Origin: Utricularia gibba
Lineage: Eukaryota > Plantae > Magnoliophyta
Length of the DNA: 64,000 nucleotides
Direction of reading: 5' to 3'
Assembly (NCBI GenBank): GCA_002189035.1
Contig: NEEC01000163.1
Span: 20,522-84,521, forward strand
In this document: positions 24,522 to 39,800 of the stretch, one piece after another
How the letters are laid out: each line of letters begins with the position of its first letter
Position numbering within the stretch: position 1 is the first letter of the stretch
Translations under genes and position numbers: made by a program
The notes under the pieces: generated by a model
Told to the model about the DNA's origin: nothing
Seen by the model: the letters and a program-made list of their open reading frames with translations, nothing else
The model's database searches: none

Positions 24522-27500
24522 ATGCGTTTCTCCGAGTGTGCTCGGGCCCTGGGAATTCCTACATTAAGGGGTGGCTCGCGCAGCCTTCGCCATTGACGCC
24601 ACATCGTCCAAACCGTTTAGAGTCACGCGACACACAGCATACCGTTTCGAAGCTCATTCCGAGACGGTCGTTTTTCGTGTTGGGAGTTGCCCATCCGAGG
24701 AAAGTTCGAAGCTCGAAGGATGGCCCTATATAGCCTTGAATGGTGTCACAAAATGGTCTAGCCATTGGGGACGTTGCGACTCCTTTGCTCGTTTTTATGC
24801 GAAAATCTCGGCTTGCGAAACACGCGTGATTCGTTAATATATGTCAAAATCTTGAATTTCGCGGCATTCTCATGCGTTTCTCCGAGTGTGCTCGGGCCCT
24901 GGGAATTCCTACATTAAGGGGTGGCCTCGCGCAGCCTTCGCCATTGACGCCACATCGTCCAAACCGTTTAGAGTCACGCGACACACAGCATACCGTTTCG
25001 AAGCTCATTCTGAGACGGTCGTTTTTCGTGTTGGGAGCTTGCCCATCCGAGGAAAGTTCGAAGCTCGAAGGATGGCCCTATATTAGCCTTGAATGTGTCA
25101 CAAAATGGTCTAGCCATTGGGGACGTTGGACTCCTTTGCTCGTTTTTATGCGAAAATTATTCTCGGCTTGCGAAACACGCGTGATTCGTTAATATATGTC
25201 AAAATCTTGAATTTCGCGGCATTCTCATGCGTTTCTCCGGGTGTGCTCGGGCCCCGGGACTTCCTACACCAAGGGGTGCCTCGCGCAGCCTTCGCCATTG
25301 ACGCCACATCGTCCAAACCGTTTAGAGTCACGCGACACACAGCATACCGTTTCGAAGCTCATTCTGAGACGATCGTTTTTCGTGTTGGGAGTCGCCCATC
25401 CGAGGAAAGTTCGAAGCTCGACGGATGGCCTATATAGCCTTGAATGGTGTCACAAAATGGTCTAGCCATTGGGGACGTTGCGACTCCTTTGCTCGTTTTT
25501 ATGCGAAAATTTTTCTCGGATTGCGAAACACGCGTGATTCGTTAATATATGTCAAATCTTGAATTTCGCGGCATTCTCATGCGTTTCTCGGGTGTGCTCG
25601 GGCCGGGAATTCCTACACCAAGGGGTGGCCTCGCGCAGCCTTCGCCATTGACGCCACATCGTCCAAACCGTTTAGAGTCACGCGACACACAGCATACCGT
25701 TTCGAAGCTCATTCTGAGACGATCGTTTTTCGTGTTGGGAGTCGCCCATCCGAGGAAAGTTCGAAGCTCGACGGATGGCCTTATATAGCCTTGAATGGTG
25801 TCACAAAATGGTCTAGCCATTGGGGACATCGGACTCCTTTGCTCGTTTTTATGCGAAAATTATTCTCGGCTTGCGAAACACGCGTGATTCGTTAATATAT
25901 GTCAAAATCTTGAATTTCGCATTTCTCATGCGTTTCTCCGGGTGTGCTCGGGCCCTGGGAATTCCTACATTAAGGGGTGGCCTCGCGCAGCCTTCGCCAT
26001 TGACGCCACATCGTCCAAACCGTTTAGAGTCACGCGACACACAGCATACCGTTTCGAAGCTCATTCTGAGACGATCGTTTTTCGTGTTGGGAGTCGCCCA
26101 TCCGAGGAAAGTTCGAAGCTCGACGGATGGCCCTATAAAGCCTTGAATGGTGTCACAAATGGCCTAGCCATTGGGGACGTTGCGACTCCTTTGCTCGTTT
26201 TTATGCGAAAATTGTTCTCGGCTTGCGAAACACGCGTGATTCGTTAATATATGTCAAAATCTTGAATTTCGCGGCATTCTCATGCGTTTCTCGGTGTGCT
26301 CGGGCCCGGGAATTCCTACACAAGGGGTGGCCTCGCGCAGCCTTCGCCATTGACGCCACATCGTCCAAACCCGTTTAGAGTCACGCGACACACAGCATAC
26401 CGTTTCGAAGCTCATTCTGAGACGATCGTTTTTCGTGTTGGGATCGCCCATCCGAGGAAAGTTCGAAGCTCGACGGATGGCCCTATATAAGCCTTGAATG
26501 GTGTCACAAAATGGCCTAGCCATTGGGGACGTTGGACTCGTTTGCTCGTTTTTATGCGAAAATAATTCTCGGCTTGCGAAACACGCGTGATTCGTTAATA
26601 TATGTAAAAATCTAAATTTCGCGGCATTCTCATGCGTTTCTCGGTGTGCTCGGGCCCCGGGACTTCCTACACCAAGGGGTGGCCTCGCGCAGCCTTCGCC
26701 ATTGACGCCACATCGTCCAAACCGTTTAGAGTCACGCGACACACAGCATACCGTTTCGAAGCTCATTCTGAGACGTCGTTTTTCGTGTTGGAAGTTCGCC
26801 CATCCGAGGAAAGTTCGAAGCTCGACGGATGGCCCTATATAAGCCTTGAATGGTGTCACAAAATGGCCTACCATTGGGGGTTGGGACTCGTTTGCTCGTT
26901 TTTATGCGAAAATTTTCTCGGCTTGCGAAACACGCGTGATTCGTTAATATATGTCAAAATCTTGAATTTCGCGGCATTCTCATGCGTTTCTACGGGTGTG
27001 CTCGGGCCCGGGACTTCCTACACCAAGGGTGGCCTCGCGCAGCCTTCGCCATTGACGCCACATCGTCCAAACCGTTTAGAGTCACGCGACACACAGCATA
27101 CCGTTTCGAAGCTCATTCTGAGACGATCGTTTTTCGTGTTGGGAGTTCGCCCATCCGAGGAAAGTTCGAAGCTCGACGGATGGCCCTATATAAGCCTTGA
27201 ATGGTGTCACAAAATGGTCTAGCCATTGGGGACGTTGCGACTCCTTTGCTCGTTTTTATGCGAAAATTTCTCGGATTGCGAAACACGCGTGATTCGTTAA
27301 TATATGTCAAAATCTTGAATTTCGCGGCATTCTCATGCGTTTTCTCAGTGTGCTCGGGCCTGGGAATTCCTACATTAAGGGGTGGCCTCGCGCAGCCTTC
27401 GCCATTGACGCCACATCGTCCAAACCGTTTAGAGTCACGCGACACACAGCATACCGTTTCGAAGCTCATTCCGAGACGGTCGTTTTTCGTGTTGGGAGCT

Positions 27501-28804
27501 TGCCCATCCGAGGAAAGTTCGAAGCTCGAAGGATGGCCTTATATAGCCTTGAATGGTGTCACAAAATGGCTAGCCATTGGGGACGCGACTCCTTTGCTCG
27601 TTTTTATGCGAAAATAATCTCGGCTTGCGAAACACGCGTGATTCGTTAATATATGTCAAAATCTTGAATTTCGCGGCATTCTCATGCGTTTCTCGTGTGC
27701 TCGGGCCCTGGGACTTCCTACACCAAGGGGTGGCCTCGCGCAGCCTTCGCAATTGACGCCACATCGTCCAAACCGTTTAGAGTCACGCGACACACAGCAT
27801 ACCGTTTCGAAGCTCATTCCGAGACGTCGTTTTTCGTGTTGGAAGTTGCCCATCCGAGGAAAGTTCGAAGCTCGAAGGATGGCCCTATATAAGCCTTGAA
27901 TGGTGTCACAAAATGGCCTAGCCATTGGGGACGTTGGGACTCGTTTGCTCGTTTTTATGCGAAAATTGTTCTCGGCTTGCGAAACACGCGTGATTCGTTA
28001 ATATATGTCAAAATCTTGAATTTCGCGGCATTCTCATGCGTTTCTCCGAGTGTGCTCGGGCCCTGGGAATTCCTACATTAAGGGGTGGCCTCGCGCAGCC
28101 TTCGCCATTGACGCCACATCGTCCAAACCGTTTAGAGTCACGCGACACACAGCATACCGTTTCGAAGCTCATTCCGAGACGGTCGTTTTTCGTGTTGGGA
28201 GCTTGCCCATCCGAGGAAAGTTCGAAGCTCGAAGGATGGCCTTATATTAGCCTTGAATGTGTCCCAAAATGGTCTAGCCATTGGGGACGTTGACTCCTTT
28301 GCTCGTTTTTATGCGAAAATCTCGGCTTGCGAAACACGCGTGATTCGTTAATATATGTCAAAATCTTGAATTTCGCGGCATTCTCATGCGTTTCTACGGG
28401 TGTGCTCGGGCCCCGGGACTTCCTACACCAAGGGGTGGCCTCGCGCAGCCTTCGCCATTGACGCCACATCGTCCAAACCGTTTAGAGTCACGCGACACAC
28501 AGCATACCGTTTCGAAGCTCATTCTGAGACGATCGTTTTTCGTGTTGGAAGTTCGCCCATCCGAGGAAAGTTCGAAGCTCGACGGATGGCCTATATAAGC
28601 CTTGAATGGTGTCACAAAATGGCCTAGCCATTGGGGACGTTGGGACTCGTTTGCTCGTTTTTATGCGAAAATTGTTCTCGGCTTGCGAAACACGCGTGAT
28701 TCGTTAATATATGTCAAAATCTTGAATTTCGCGGCATTCTCATGCGTTTCTCCGAGTGTGCTCGGGCCCTGGGAATTCCTACATTAAGGGGTGGCCTCGC
28801 GCAG

Positions 28805-28890
28805 CCTTCGCCATGACGCCACATCGTTTTTAGAGTTACCGTTTCGAAGCTCATTCTGAGACGATCGTTTTTCGTGTTGGGAGCCCATCC
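28805..28890 (+). other. Internally deleted monomer (~325 bp)
   Basis: ACATCGTTTTTAGAGTTACCG lacks most of TCCAAACC and all of CACGCGACACACAGCA. The spacing 28742 to 29067 is 325 bp. Confidence 0.8.
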
Positions 28891-31800
28891 GAGGAAAGTT
28901 CGAAGCTCGACGGATGGCCCTATATAGCCTTGAATGGTGTCACAAAATGGCCTAGCCATTGGGGACGTTGCGACTCTTTGCTCGTTTTTATGCGAAAATT
29001 GTTCTCGGCTTGCGAAACACGCGTGATTCGTTAATATATCAAAATCTTGAATTTCGCGGCATTCTCATGCGTTTCTCGGGTGTGCTCGGGGGACTTCCTA
29101 CACCAAGGGGTGGCCTCGCGCAGCCTTCGCCATTGACGCCACATCGTCCAAACCGTTTAGAGTCACGCGACACACAGCATACCGTTTCGAAGCTCATTCT
29201 GAGACGATCGTTTTTCGTGTTGGGAGCCCATCCGAGGAAAGTTCGAAGCTCGACGGATGGCCCTATATAAGCCTTGAATGGTGTCACAAAATGGCCTAGC
29301 CATTGGGGACGTTGCGACTCGTTTGCTCGTTTTTATGCGAAAATAATCTCGGCTTGCGAAACACGCGTGATTCGTTAATATATGTCAAAATCTTGAATTT
29401 CGCGGCATTCTCATGCGTTTCTCGGGTGTGCTCGGCCCCGGGACTTCCTACACAAGGGGTGGCCTCGCGCAGCCTTCGCCATTGACGCCACATCGTCCAA
29501 ACCGTTTAGAGTCACGCGACACACAGCATACCGTTTCGAAGCTCATTCTGAGACGGTCGTTTTTCGTGTTGGGAGTTCGCCCATCCGAGGAAAGTTCGAA
29601 GCTCGACGGATGGCCCTATAAGCCTTGAATGGTGTCACAAAATGGCTAGCCATTGGGGACGTTGGGACTCGTTTTGCTCGTTTTTATGCGAAAATTGTTC
29701 TCGGCTTGCGAAACACGCGTGATTCGTTAATATATGTCAAAATCTTGAATTTCGCGGCATTCTCATGCGTTTCTCCGAGTGTGCTCGGGCCCTGGAATTC
29801 CTACATTAAGGGGTGGCCTCGCGCAGCCTTCGCCATTGACGCCACATCGTCCAAACCGTTTAGAGTCACGCGACACACAGCATACCGTTTCGAAGCTCAT
29901 TCCGAGACGATCGTTTTTCGTGTTGGGAGTCGCCCATCCGAGGAAAGTTCGAAGCTCGACGGATGGCCCTATATAAGCCTTGAATGGTGTCACAAAATGG
30001 CCTAGCCATTGGGGACGTTGCGACTCCTTTGCTCGTTTTTATGCGAAAATTGTTCTCGGATTGCGAAACACGCGTGATTCGTTAATATATGTAAAAATCT
30101 TGAATTTCGCGGCATTCTCATGCGTTTCTCCGAGTGTGCTCGGGCCCCGGGACTTCCTACACCAAGGGGTGGCCTCGCGCAGCCTTCGCCATTGACGCCA
30201 CATCGTCCAAACCGTTTAGAGTCACGCGACACACAGCATACCGTTTCGAAGCTCATTCTGAGACGATCGTTTTTCGTGTTGGGAGTCGCCCATCCGAGGA
30301 AAGTTCGAAGCTCGACGGATGGCCTATATAGCCTTGAATGGTGTCACAAAATGGTCTAGCCATTGGGGACGTTGCGACTCCTTTGCTCGTTTTTATGCGA
30401 AAACGGCTTGCGAAACACGCGTGATTCGTTAATATATGTCAAAATCTTGAATTTCGCGGCATTCTCATGCGTTTCTCGTGTGCTCGGGCCCTGGGACTTC
30501 CTACACCAAGGGGTGGCCTCGCGCAGCCTTCGCCATTGACGCCACATCGTCCAAACCGTTTAGAGTCACGCGACACACAGCATACCGTTTCGAAGCTCAT
30601 TCTGAGACGATCGTTTTTCGTGTTGGGAGTCGCCCATCCGAGGAAAGTTCGAAGCTCGAAGGATGGCCTATATAGCCTTGAATGGTGTCACAAAATGGCT
30701 AGCCATTGGGGACGTTGCGACTCCTTTGCTCGTTTTTATGCGAAAATTATTCTCGGATTGCGAAACACGCGTGATTCGTTAATATATGTCAAAATCTTGA
30801 ATTTCGCGGCATTCTCATGCGTTTCTCCGAGTGTGCTCGGGCCCTGGAATTCCTACATTAAGGGGTGGCCTCGCGCAGCCTTCGCCATTGACGCCACATC
30901 GTCCAAACCGTTTAGAGTCACGCGACACACAGCATACCGTTTCGAAGCTCATTCTGAGACGATCGTTTTTTCGTGTTGGGAAATCGCCCATCCGAGGAAA
31001 GTTCGAAGCTCGACGGATGGCCCTATATAAGCCTTGAATGGTGTCACAAAATGGCTAGCCATTGGGGACGTTGCGACTCCTTTGCTCGTTTTTATGCGAA
31101 AATTGTTCTCGGCTTGCGAAACACGCGTGATTCGTTAATATATGTCAAAATCTTGAATTTCGCGGCATTCTCATGCGTTTCTCCGAGTGTGCTCGGGCCC
31201 TGGGAATTCCTACATTAAGGGGTGGCCTCGCGCAGCCTTCGCCATTGACGCCACATCGTCCAAACCGTTTAGAGTCACGCGACACACAGCATACCGTTTC
31301 GAAGCTCATTCCGAGACGGTCGTTTTTCGTGTTGGGAGTCGCCCATCCGAGGAAAGTTCGAAGCTCGACGGATGGCCTATATAAGCCTTGAATGGTGTCA
31401 CAAATGGTCTAGCCATTGGGGACATTGCGACTCCTTTGCTCGTTTTTATGCGAAAATATTCGGGCTTGCGAAACACGCGTGATTCGTTAATATATGTCAA
31501 AATCTTGAATTTCGCGGCATTCTCATGCGTTTCTCCGTGTGCTCGGGCCCTGGGAATTCCTACACCAAGGGGTGGCCTCGCGCAGCCTTCGCCATTGACG
31601 CCACATCGTCCAAACCGTTTAGAGTCACGCGACACACAGCATACCGTTTCGAAGCTCATTCCGAGACGGTCGTTTTTTGTGTTGAAAGTTGCCCATCCGA
31701 GGAAAGTTCGAAGCTCGAAGGATGGCCCTATATAAGCCTTGAATGGTGTCACAAAATGGCCTAGCCATTGGGGACGTTGGGACTCGTTTGCTCGTTTTTA

Positions 31801-34800
31801 TGCGAAAATTTCTCGGCTTGCGAAACACGCGTGATTCGTTAATATATGTCAAAATCTTGAATTTCGCGGCATTCTCATGCGTTTCTCGGGTGTGCTCGGG
31901 CCCGGGACTTCCTACACCAAGGGGTGGCCTCGCGCAGCCTTCGCCATTGACGCCACATCGTCCAAACCGTTTAGAGTCACGCGACACACAGCATACCGTT
32001 TCGAAGCTCATTCTGAGACGGTCGTTTTTTCGTGTTGGGAGTCGCCCATCCGAGGAAAGTTCGAAGCTCGACGGATGGCCCTATATAAGCCTTGAATGGT
32101 GTCACAAAATGGCCTAGCCATTGGGGACGTTGCGACTCGTTTGCTCGTTTTTATGCGAAAATAATTCGGCTTGCGAAACACGCGTGATTCGTTAATATAT
32201 GTCAAAATCTTGAATTTCGCGGCATTCTCATGCGTTTCTCCGGGTGTGCTCGGGCCCTGGGAATTCCTACACCAAGGGGTGGCCTCGCGCAGCCTTCGCC
32301 ATTGACGCCACAATCGTCCAAACCGTTTAGAGTCACGCGACACACAGCATACCGTTTCGAAGCTCATTCTGAGACGATCGTTTTTCGTGTTGGAGTCGCC
32401 CATCCGAGGAAAGTTCGAAGCTCGACGGATGGCCCTATATAAGCCTTGAATGGTGTCACAAAATGGCCTAGCCATTGGGGACGTTGCGACTCCTTTGCTC
32501 GTTTTTATGCGAAAACTCTCGGCTTGCGAAACACGCGTGATTCGTTAATATATGTAAAAATCTTGAATTTCGCGGCATTCTCATGCGTTTCTACGGGTGT
32601 GCTCGGGGGGACTTCCTACACCAAGGGGTGGCCTCGCGCAGCCTTCGCCATTGACGCCACATCGTCCAAACCGTTTAGAGTCACGCGACACACAGCATAC
32701 CGTTTCGAAGCTCATTCTGAGACGATCGTTTTTCGTGTTGGGAGTCGCCCATCCGAGGAAAGTTCGAAGCTCGAAGGATGCCTATATTAAGCCTTGAATG
32801 GTGTCACAAAATGGTCCTAGCCATTGGGGACGTTGCGACTCCTTTGCTCGTTTTTATGCGAAAATTTCTCGGATTGCGAAACACGCGTGATTCGTTAATA
32901 TATGTCAAAATCTGAATTTCGCGGCATTCTCATGCGTTTCTCGTGTGCTCGGGCCAACTTCCTACACCAAGGGGTGGCCTCGCGCAGCCTTCGCCATTGA
33001 CGCCACATCGTCCAAACCGTTTAGAGTCACGCGACACACAGCATACCGTTTCGAAGCTCATTCTGAGACGATCGTTTTTCGTGTTGGGAGTTCGCCCATC
33101 CGAGGAAAGTTCGAAGCTCGACGGATGGCCCTATATAAGCCTTGAATGGTGTCACAAAATGGCCTAGCCATTGGGGACGTTGCGACTCCTTTGCTCGTTT
33201 TTATGCGAAAATTTTCTCGGCTTGCGAAACACGCGTGATTCGTTAATATATGTCAAAATCTTGAATTTCGCGGCATTCTCATGCGTTTTCTCGAGTGTGC
33301 TCGGGCCCTGGGAATTTCCTACACCAAGGGGTGGCCTCGCGCAGCCTTCGCCATTGACGCCACATCGTCCAAACCGTTTAGAGTCACGCGACACACAGCA
33401 TACCGTTTCGAAGCTCATTCTGAGACGGTCGTTTTTCGTGTTGGGAGCGCGCCATCCGAGGAAAGTTCGAAGCTCGAAGGATGGCCCTATATAGCCTTGA
33501 ATGGTGTCACAAAATGGCCTAGCCATTGGGGACGTTGGACTCCTTTGCTCGTTTTTATGCGAAAATTATTCTCGGCTTGCGAAACACGCGTGATTCGTTA
33601 ATATATGTCAAAATCTTGAATTTCGCGGCATTCTCATGCGTTTCTACGGGTGTGCTCGGGCCCTGGGACTTCCTACACCAAGGGGTGGCCTCGCGCAGCC
33701 TTCGCCATTGACGCCACATCGTCCAAACCGTTTAGAGTCACGCGACACACAGCATACCGTTTCGAAGCTCATTCTGAGACGATCGTTTTTCGTGTTGGGA
33801 GTTCGCCATCCGAGGAAAGTTCGAAGCTCGACGGATGGCCCTATATAAGCCTTGAATGGTGTCACAAAATGGCCTAGCCATTGGGGACATTGCGACTCCT
33901 TTGCTCGTTTTTATGCGAAAATTATTCTCGGATTGCGAAACACGCGTGATTCGTTAATATATGTCAAAATCTTGAATTTCGCGGCATTCTCATGCGTTTC
34001 TCCGAGTGTGCTCGGGCCCTGGGAATTCCTACATTAAGGGGTGGCCTCGCGCAGCCTTCGCCATTGACGCCACATCGTCCAAACCGTTTAGAGTCACGCG
34101 ACACACAGCATACCGTTTCGAAGCTCATTCTGAGACGATCGTTTTTCGTGTTGGGAGTTCCCATCCGAGGAAAGTTCGAAGCTCGACGGATGGCCCTATA
34201 TAAGCCTTGAATGGTGTCACAAAATGGCCTAGCCATTGGGGACGTTGGGACTCGTTTGCTCGTTTTTATGCGAAAATAATTCTCGGCTTGCGAAACACGC
34301 GTGATTCGTTAATATATGTCAAAATCTTGAATTTCGCGGCATTCTCATGCGTTTCTCGAGTGTGCTCGGGCCCTGGGACTTCCTACACCAAGGGGTGGCC
34401 TCGCGCAGCCTTCGCCATTGACGCCACATCGTCCAAACCGTTTAGAGTCACGCGACACACAGCATACCGTTTCGAAGCTCATTCCGAGACGGTCGTTTTT
34501 CGTGTTGGGAGCTTGCCCATCCGAGGAAAGTTCGAAGCTCGAGGATGGCCCTATATAAGCCTTGAATGGTGTCACAAATGGCTAGCCATTGGGGACGTTG
34601 GACTCCTTTGCTCGTTTTTATGCGAAAATTATTCTCGGATTGCGAAACACGCGTGATTCGTTAATATATGTCAAAATCTTGAATTTCGCGGCATTCTCAT
34701 GCGTTTCTCCGAGTGTGCTCGGGCCCTGGGAATTCCTACATTAAGGGGTGGCCTCGCGCAGCCTTCGCCATTGACGCCACATCGTCCAAACCGTTTAGAG

Positions 34801-36822
34801 TCACGCGACACACAGCATACCGTTTCGAAGCTCATTCTGAGACGATCGTTTTTCGTGTTGGGAGTTGCCCATCCGAGGAAAGTTCGAAGCTCGAAGGATG
34901 GCCTTATATTAGCCTTGAATGGTGTCACAAAATGGTCTAGCCATTGGGGACGTTGCGACTCCTTTGCTCGTTTTTATGCGAAAATTATTCTCGGCTTGCG
35001 AAACACGCGTGATTCGTTAATATATGTCAAAATCTTGAATTTCGCGGCATTCTCATGCGTTTCTCGGGTGTGCTCGGGCCCGGGACTTCCTACACCAAGG
35101 GGTGGCCTCGCGCAGCCTTCGCCATTGACGCCACATCGTCCAAACCGTTTAGAGTCACGCGACACACAGCATACCGTTTCGAAGCTCATTCTGAGACGAT
35201 CGTTTTTCGTGTTGGGAGTTCGCCCATCCGAGGAAAGTTCGAAGCTCGAAGGATGGCCTATATTAGCCTTGAATGGTGTCACAAAATGGTCTAGCCATTG
35301 GGGACGTTGCGACGCGTTTGCTCGTTTTTATGCGAAAATTGTCGGATTGCGAAACACGCGTGATTCGTTAATATATGTCAAAATCTTGAATTTCGCGCAT
35401 TCTCATGCGTTTCTATGGGTGTGCTCGGGCCCTGGGACTTCCTACACCAAGGGGTGGCCTCGCGCAGCCTTCGCCATTGACGCCACATCGTCCAAACCGT
35501 TTAGAGTCACGCGACACACAGCATACCGTTTCGAAGCTCATTCTGAGACGGTCGTTTTTCGTGTTGGGAGTTCGCCCATCCGAGGAAAGTTCGAAGCTCG
35601 ACGGATGGCCTATATAAGCCTTGAATGGTGTCACAAAATGGCCTAGCCATTGGGGACGTTGGGACTCGTTTGCTCGTTTTTATGCGAAAACTAATCTCGG
35701 CTTGCGAAACACGCGTGATTCGTTAATATATGTCAAAATCTTGAATTTCGCGGCATTCTCATGCGTTTCTCCGAGTGTGCTCGGGCCCTGGGAATTCCTA
35801 CATTAAGGGGTGGCCTCGCGCAGCCTTCGCAATTGACGCCACACGTCCAAACCGTTTAGAGTCACGCGACACACAGCATACCGTTTCGAAGCTCATTCTG
35901 AGACGTCGTTTTTCGTGTTGGAAGTTGCCCATCCGAAAGTTCGAAGCTCGAAGGATGGCCCTATATAAGCCTTGAATGGTGTCACAAAATGGCCTAGCCA
36001 TTGGGGACGTTGGGACTCGTTTGCTCGTTTTTATGCGAAAATTGTTCTCGGCTTGCGAAACACGCGTGATTCGTTAATATATGTCAAAATCTTGAATTTC
36101 GCGGCATTCTCATGCGTTTCTCCGAGTGTGCTCGGGCCCTGGGAATTCCTACATTAAGGGGTGGCCCTCGCGCAGCCTTCGCCATTGACGCCACATCGTC
36201 CAAACCGTTTAGAGTCACGCGACACACAGCATACCGTTTCGAAGCTCATTCCGAGACGGTCGTTTTTCGTGTTGGGAGTTCGCCCATCCGAGGAAAGTTC
36301 GAAGCTCGACGGGATGGCCCTATATAAGCCTTGAATGGTGTCACAAAATGGCTAGCCATTGGGGACGTTGCGACTCCTTTGCTCGTTTTTATGCGAAAAT
36401 TATTCTCGGCTTGCGAAACACGCGTGATTCGTTAATATATGTCAAAAATTGAATTTCGCGGCATTCTCATGCGTTTCTAGTGTGCTCGGGCCCTGGGAAT
36501 TCCTACATTAAGGGGTGGCCTCGCGCAGCCTTCGCCATTGACGCCACATCGTCCAAACCGTTTAGAGTCACGCGACACACAGCATACCGTTTCGAAGCTC
36601 ATTCTGAGACGATCGTTTTTCGTGTTGGGAGTTCGCCCATCCGAGGAAAGTTCGAAGCTCGACGGATGGCCCTATATAAGCCTTGAATGGTGTCACAAAA
36701 TGGCCTAGCCATTGGGGACGTTGGGACTCGTTTGCTCGTTTTTATGCGAAAATAATTCTCGGCTTGCGAAACACGCGTGATTCGTTAATATATGTCAAAA
36801 TCTTGAATTTCGCGGCATTCTC

Positions 36823-39800
36823 ATGCGTTTCTCCGGTGTGCTCGGGCCCTGGGACTTCCTACACCAAGGGGTGGCCTCGCGCAGCCCTTCGCCATTGACG
36901 CCACGTCCAAAAACCGTTTAGAGTCACGCGACACACAGCATACCGTTTCGAAGCTCATTCCGAGACGGTCGTTTTTCGTGTTGGGAGCTTGCCCATCCGA
37001 AAGTTCGAAGCTCGAAGGATGGCCCTATATAAGCCTTGAATGGTGTCACAAAATGGTCTAGCCATTGGGGACGTTGGGACTCGTTTGCTCGTTTTTATGC
37101 GAAAATTGTTCTCGGCTTGCGAAACACGCGTGATTCGTTAATATATGTCAAAATCTTGAATTTCGCGGCATTCTCATGCGTTTCTCCGAGTGTGCTCGGG
37201 CCCTGGGAATTCCTACATTAAGGGGTGGCCTCGCGCAGCCTTCGCCATTGACGCCACATCGTCCAAACCGTTTAGAGTCACGCGACACACAGCATACCGT
37301 TTCGAAGCTCATTCCGAGACGGTCGTTTTTCGTGTTGGGAGTTGCCCATCCGAGGAAAGTTCGAAGCTCGAAGGATGGCCTTATAAGCCTTCAATGGTGT
37401 CACAAAATGGTCTAGCCATTGGGGACATTGCGACTCCTTTGCTCGTTTTTATGCGAAAATTATTCTCGGCTTGCGAAACACGCGTGATTCGTTAATATAT
37501 GTCAAAATCTTGAATTTCGCGGCATTCTCATGCGTTTCTCGGGTGTGCTCGGGCCCTGGGAATTCCTACACCAAGGGGTGGCCTCGCGCAGCCTTCGCCA
37601 TTGACGCCACATCGTCCAAACCGTTTAGAGTCACGCGACACACAGCATACCGTTTCGAAGCTCATTCTGAGACGATCGTTTTTCGTGTTGGGAGTCGCCC
37701 ATCCGAGGAAAGTTCGAAGCTCGAGGATGGCCTATATAGCCTTGAATGGTGTCACAAAATGGTCTAGCCATTGGGGACGTTGCGACTCCTTTGCTCGTTT
37801 TTATGCGAAAATTTTTCTCGGCTTGCGAAACACGCGTGATTCGTTAATATATGTCAAAATCTTGAATTTCGCGGCATTCTCATGCGTTTCTCGGGTGTGC
37901 TCGGGCCCTGGGACTTCCTACACCAAGGGGTGGCCTCGCGCAGCCTTCGCCATTGACGCCACATCGTCCAAACCGTTTAGAGTCACGCGACACACAGCAT
38001 ACGTTTCGAAGCTCATTCTGAGACGATCGTTTTTCGTGTTGGGAGTTCGCCCATCCGAGGAAAGTTCGAAGCTCGACGGATGGCCCTATATAAGCCTTGA
38101 ATGGTGTCACAAAATGGCCTAGCCATTGGGGACGTTGCGACTCCTTTGCTCGTTTTTATGCGAAAATATTCTCGGCTTGCGAAACACGCGTGATTCGTTA
38201 ATATATGTCAAAATCTTGAATTTCGCGGCATTCTCATGCGTTTCTCGGTGTGCTCGGGCCCTGGGAATTCCTACACCAAGGGGTGGCCTCGCGCAGCCTT
38301 CGCCATTGACGCCACATCTCCAAACCGTTTAGAGTCACGCGACACACAGCATACCGTTTCGAAGCTCATTCTGAGACGGTCGTTTTTCGTGTTGGGAGGC
38401 CCATCCGAGGAAAGTTCGAAGCTCGACGGATGGCCCTATATAAGCCTTGAATGGTGTCACAAAATGGCCTAGCCATTGGGACGTTGGGACTCGTTTGCTC
38501 GTTTTTATGCGAAAATTGTTCTCGGCTTGCGAAACACGCGTGATTCGTTAATATATGTCAAAATCTTGAATTTCGCGCATTCTCATGCGTTTCTCCGAGT
38601 GTGCTCGGGCCCTGGGAATTCCTACATTAAGGGGTGGCCTCGCGCAGCCTTCGCCATTGACGCCACATCGTCCAAACCGTTTAGAGTCACGCGACACACA
38701 GCATACCGTTTCGAAGCTCATTCTGAGACGGTCGTTTTTCGTGTTGGGAGCTTGCCCATCCGAGGAAGTTCGAAGCTCGAAGGATGGCCCTATATTAGCC
38801 TTCAATGGTGTCACAAAATGGTCTAGCCATTGGGGACGTTGCGACTCCTTTGCTCGTTTTTATGCGAAAATTATTCTCGGATTGCGAAACACGCGTGATT
38901 CGTTAATATATGTCAAAATCTTGAATTTCGCGGCATTCTCATGCGTTTCTCGGTGTGCTCGGGCCCTGGGACTTCCTACACCAAGGGTGGCCTCGCGCAG
39001 CCTTCGCCATTGACGCCACATCGTCCAAACCGTTTAGAGTCACGCGACACACAGCATACCGTTTCGAAGCTCATTCTGAGACGATCGTTTTTCGTGTTGG
39101 AGTCGCCCATCCGAGGAAAGTTCGAAGCTCGAAGGATGGCCTATATTAGCCTTGAATGGTGTCACAAAATGGTCTAGCCATTGGGGACGTTGCGACTCCT
39201 TTGCTCGTTTTTATGCGAAAATTTTCTCGGATTGCGAAACACGCGTGATTCGTTAATATATGTCAAAATCTTGAATTTCGCGGCATTCTCATGCGTTTCT
39301 GGGTGTGCTCGGGCCTGGGACTTCCTACACCAAGGGGTGGCCTCGCGCAGCCTTCGCCATTGACGCCACATCGTCCAAACCGTTTAGAGTCACGCGACAC
39401 ACAGCATACCGTTTCGAAGCTCATTCCGAGACGGTCGTTTTTCGTGTTGGGAGTTCGCCCATCCGAGGAAAGTTCGAAGCTCGACGGATGGCCCTATATA
39501 AGCCTTGAATGGTGTCACAAAATGGCCTAGCCATTGGGGACGTTGCGACTCCTTTGCTCGTTTTTATGCGAAAATAATCTCGGCTTGCGAAACACGCGTG
39601 ATTCGTTAATATATGTCAAAATCTTGAATTTCGCGGCATTCTCATGCGTTTCTCGTGTGCTCGGGCCCGGGGACTTCCTACACCAAGGGGTGGCCTCGCG
39701 CAGCCTTCGCCATTGACGCCACATCGTCCAAACCGTTTAGAGTCACGCGACACACAGCATACCGTTTCGAAGCTCATTCTGAGACGGTCGTTTTTCGTGT

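Noticed and set aside
34699-35646. 315-aa ORF
   Set aside because: Same explanation: frame-hopping through repeated monomer translations.
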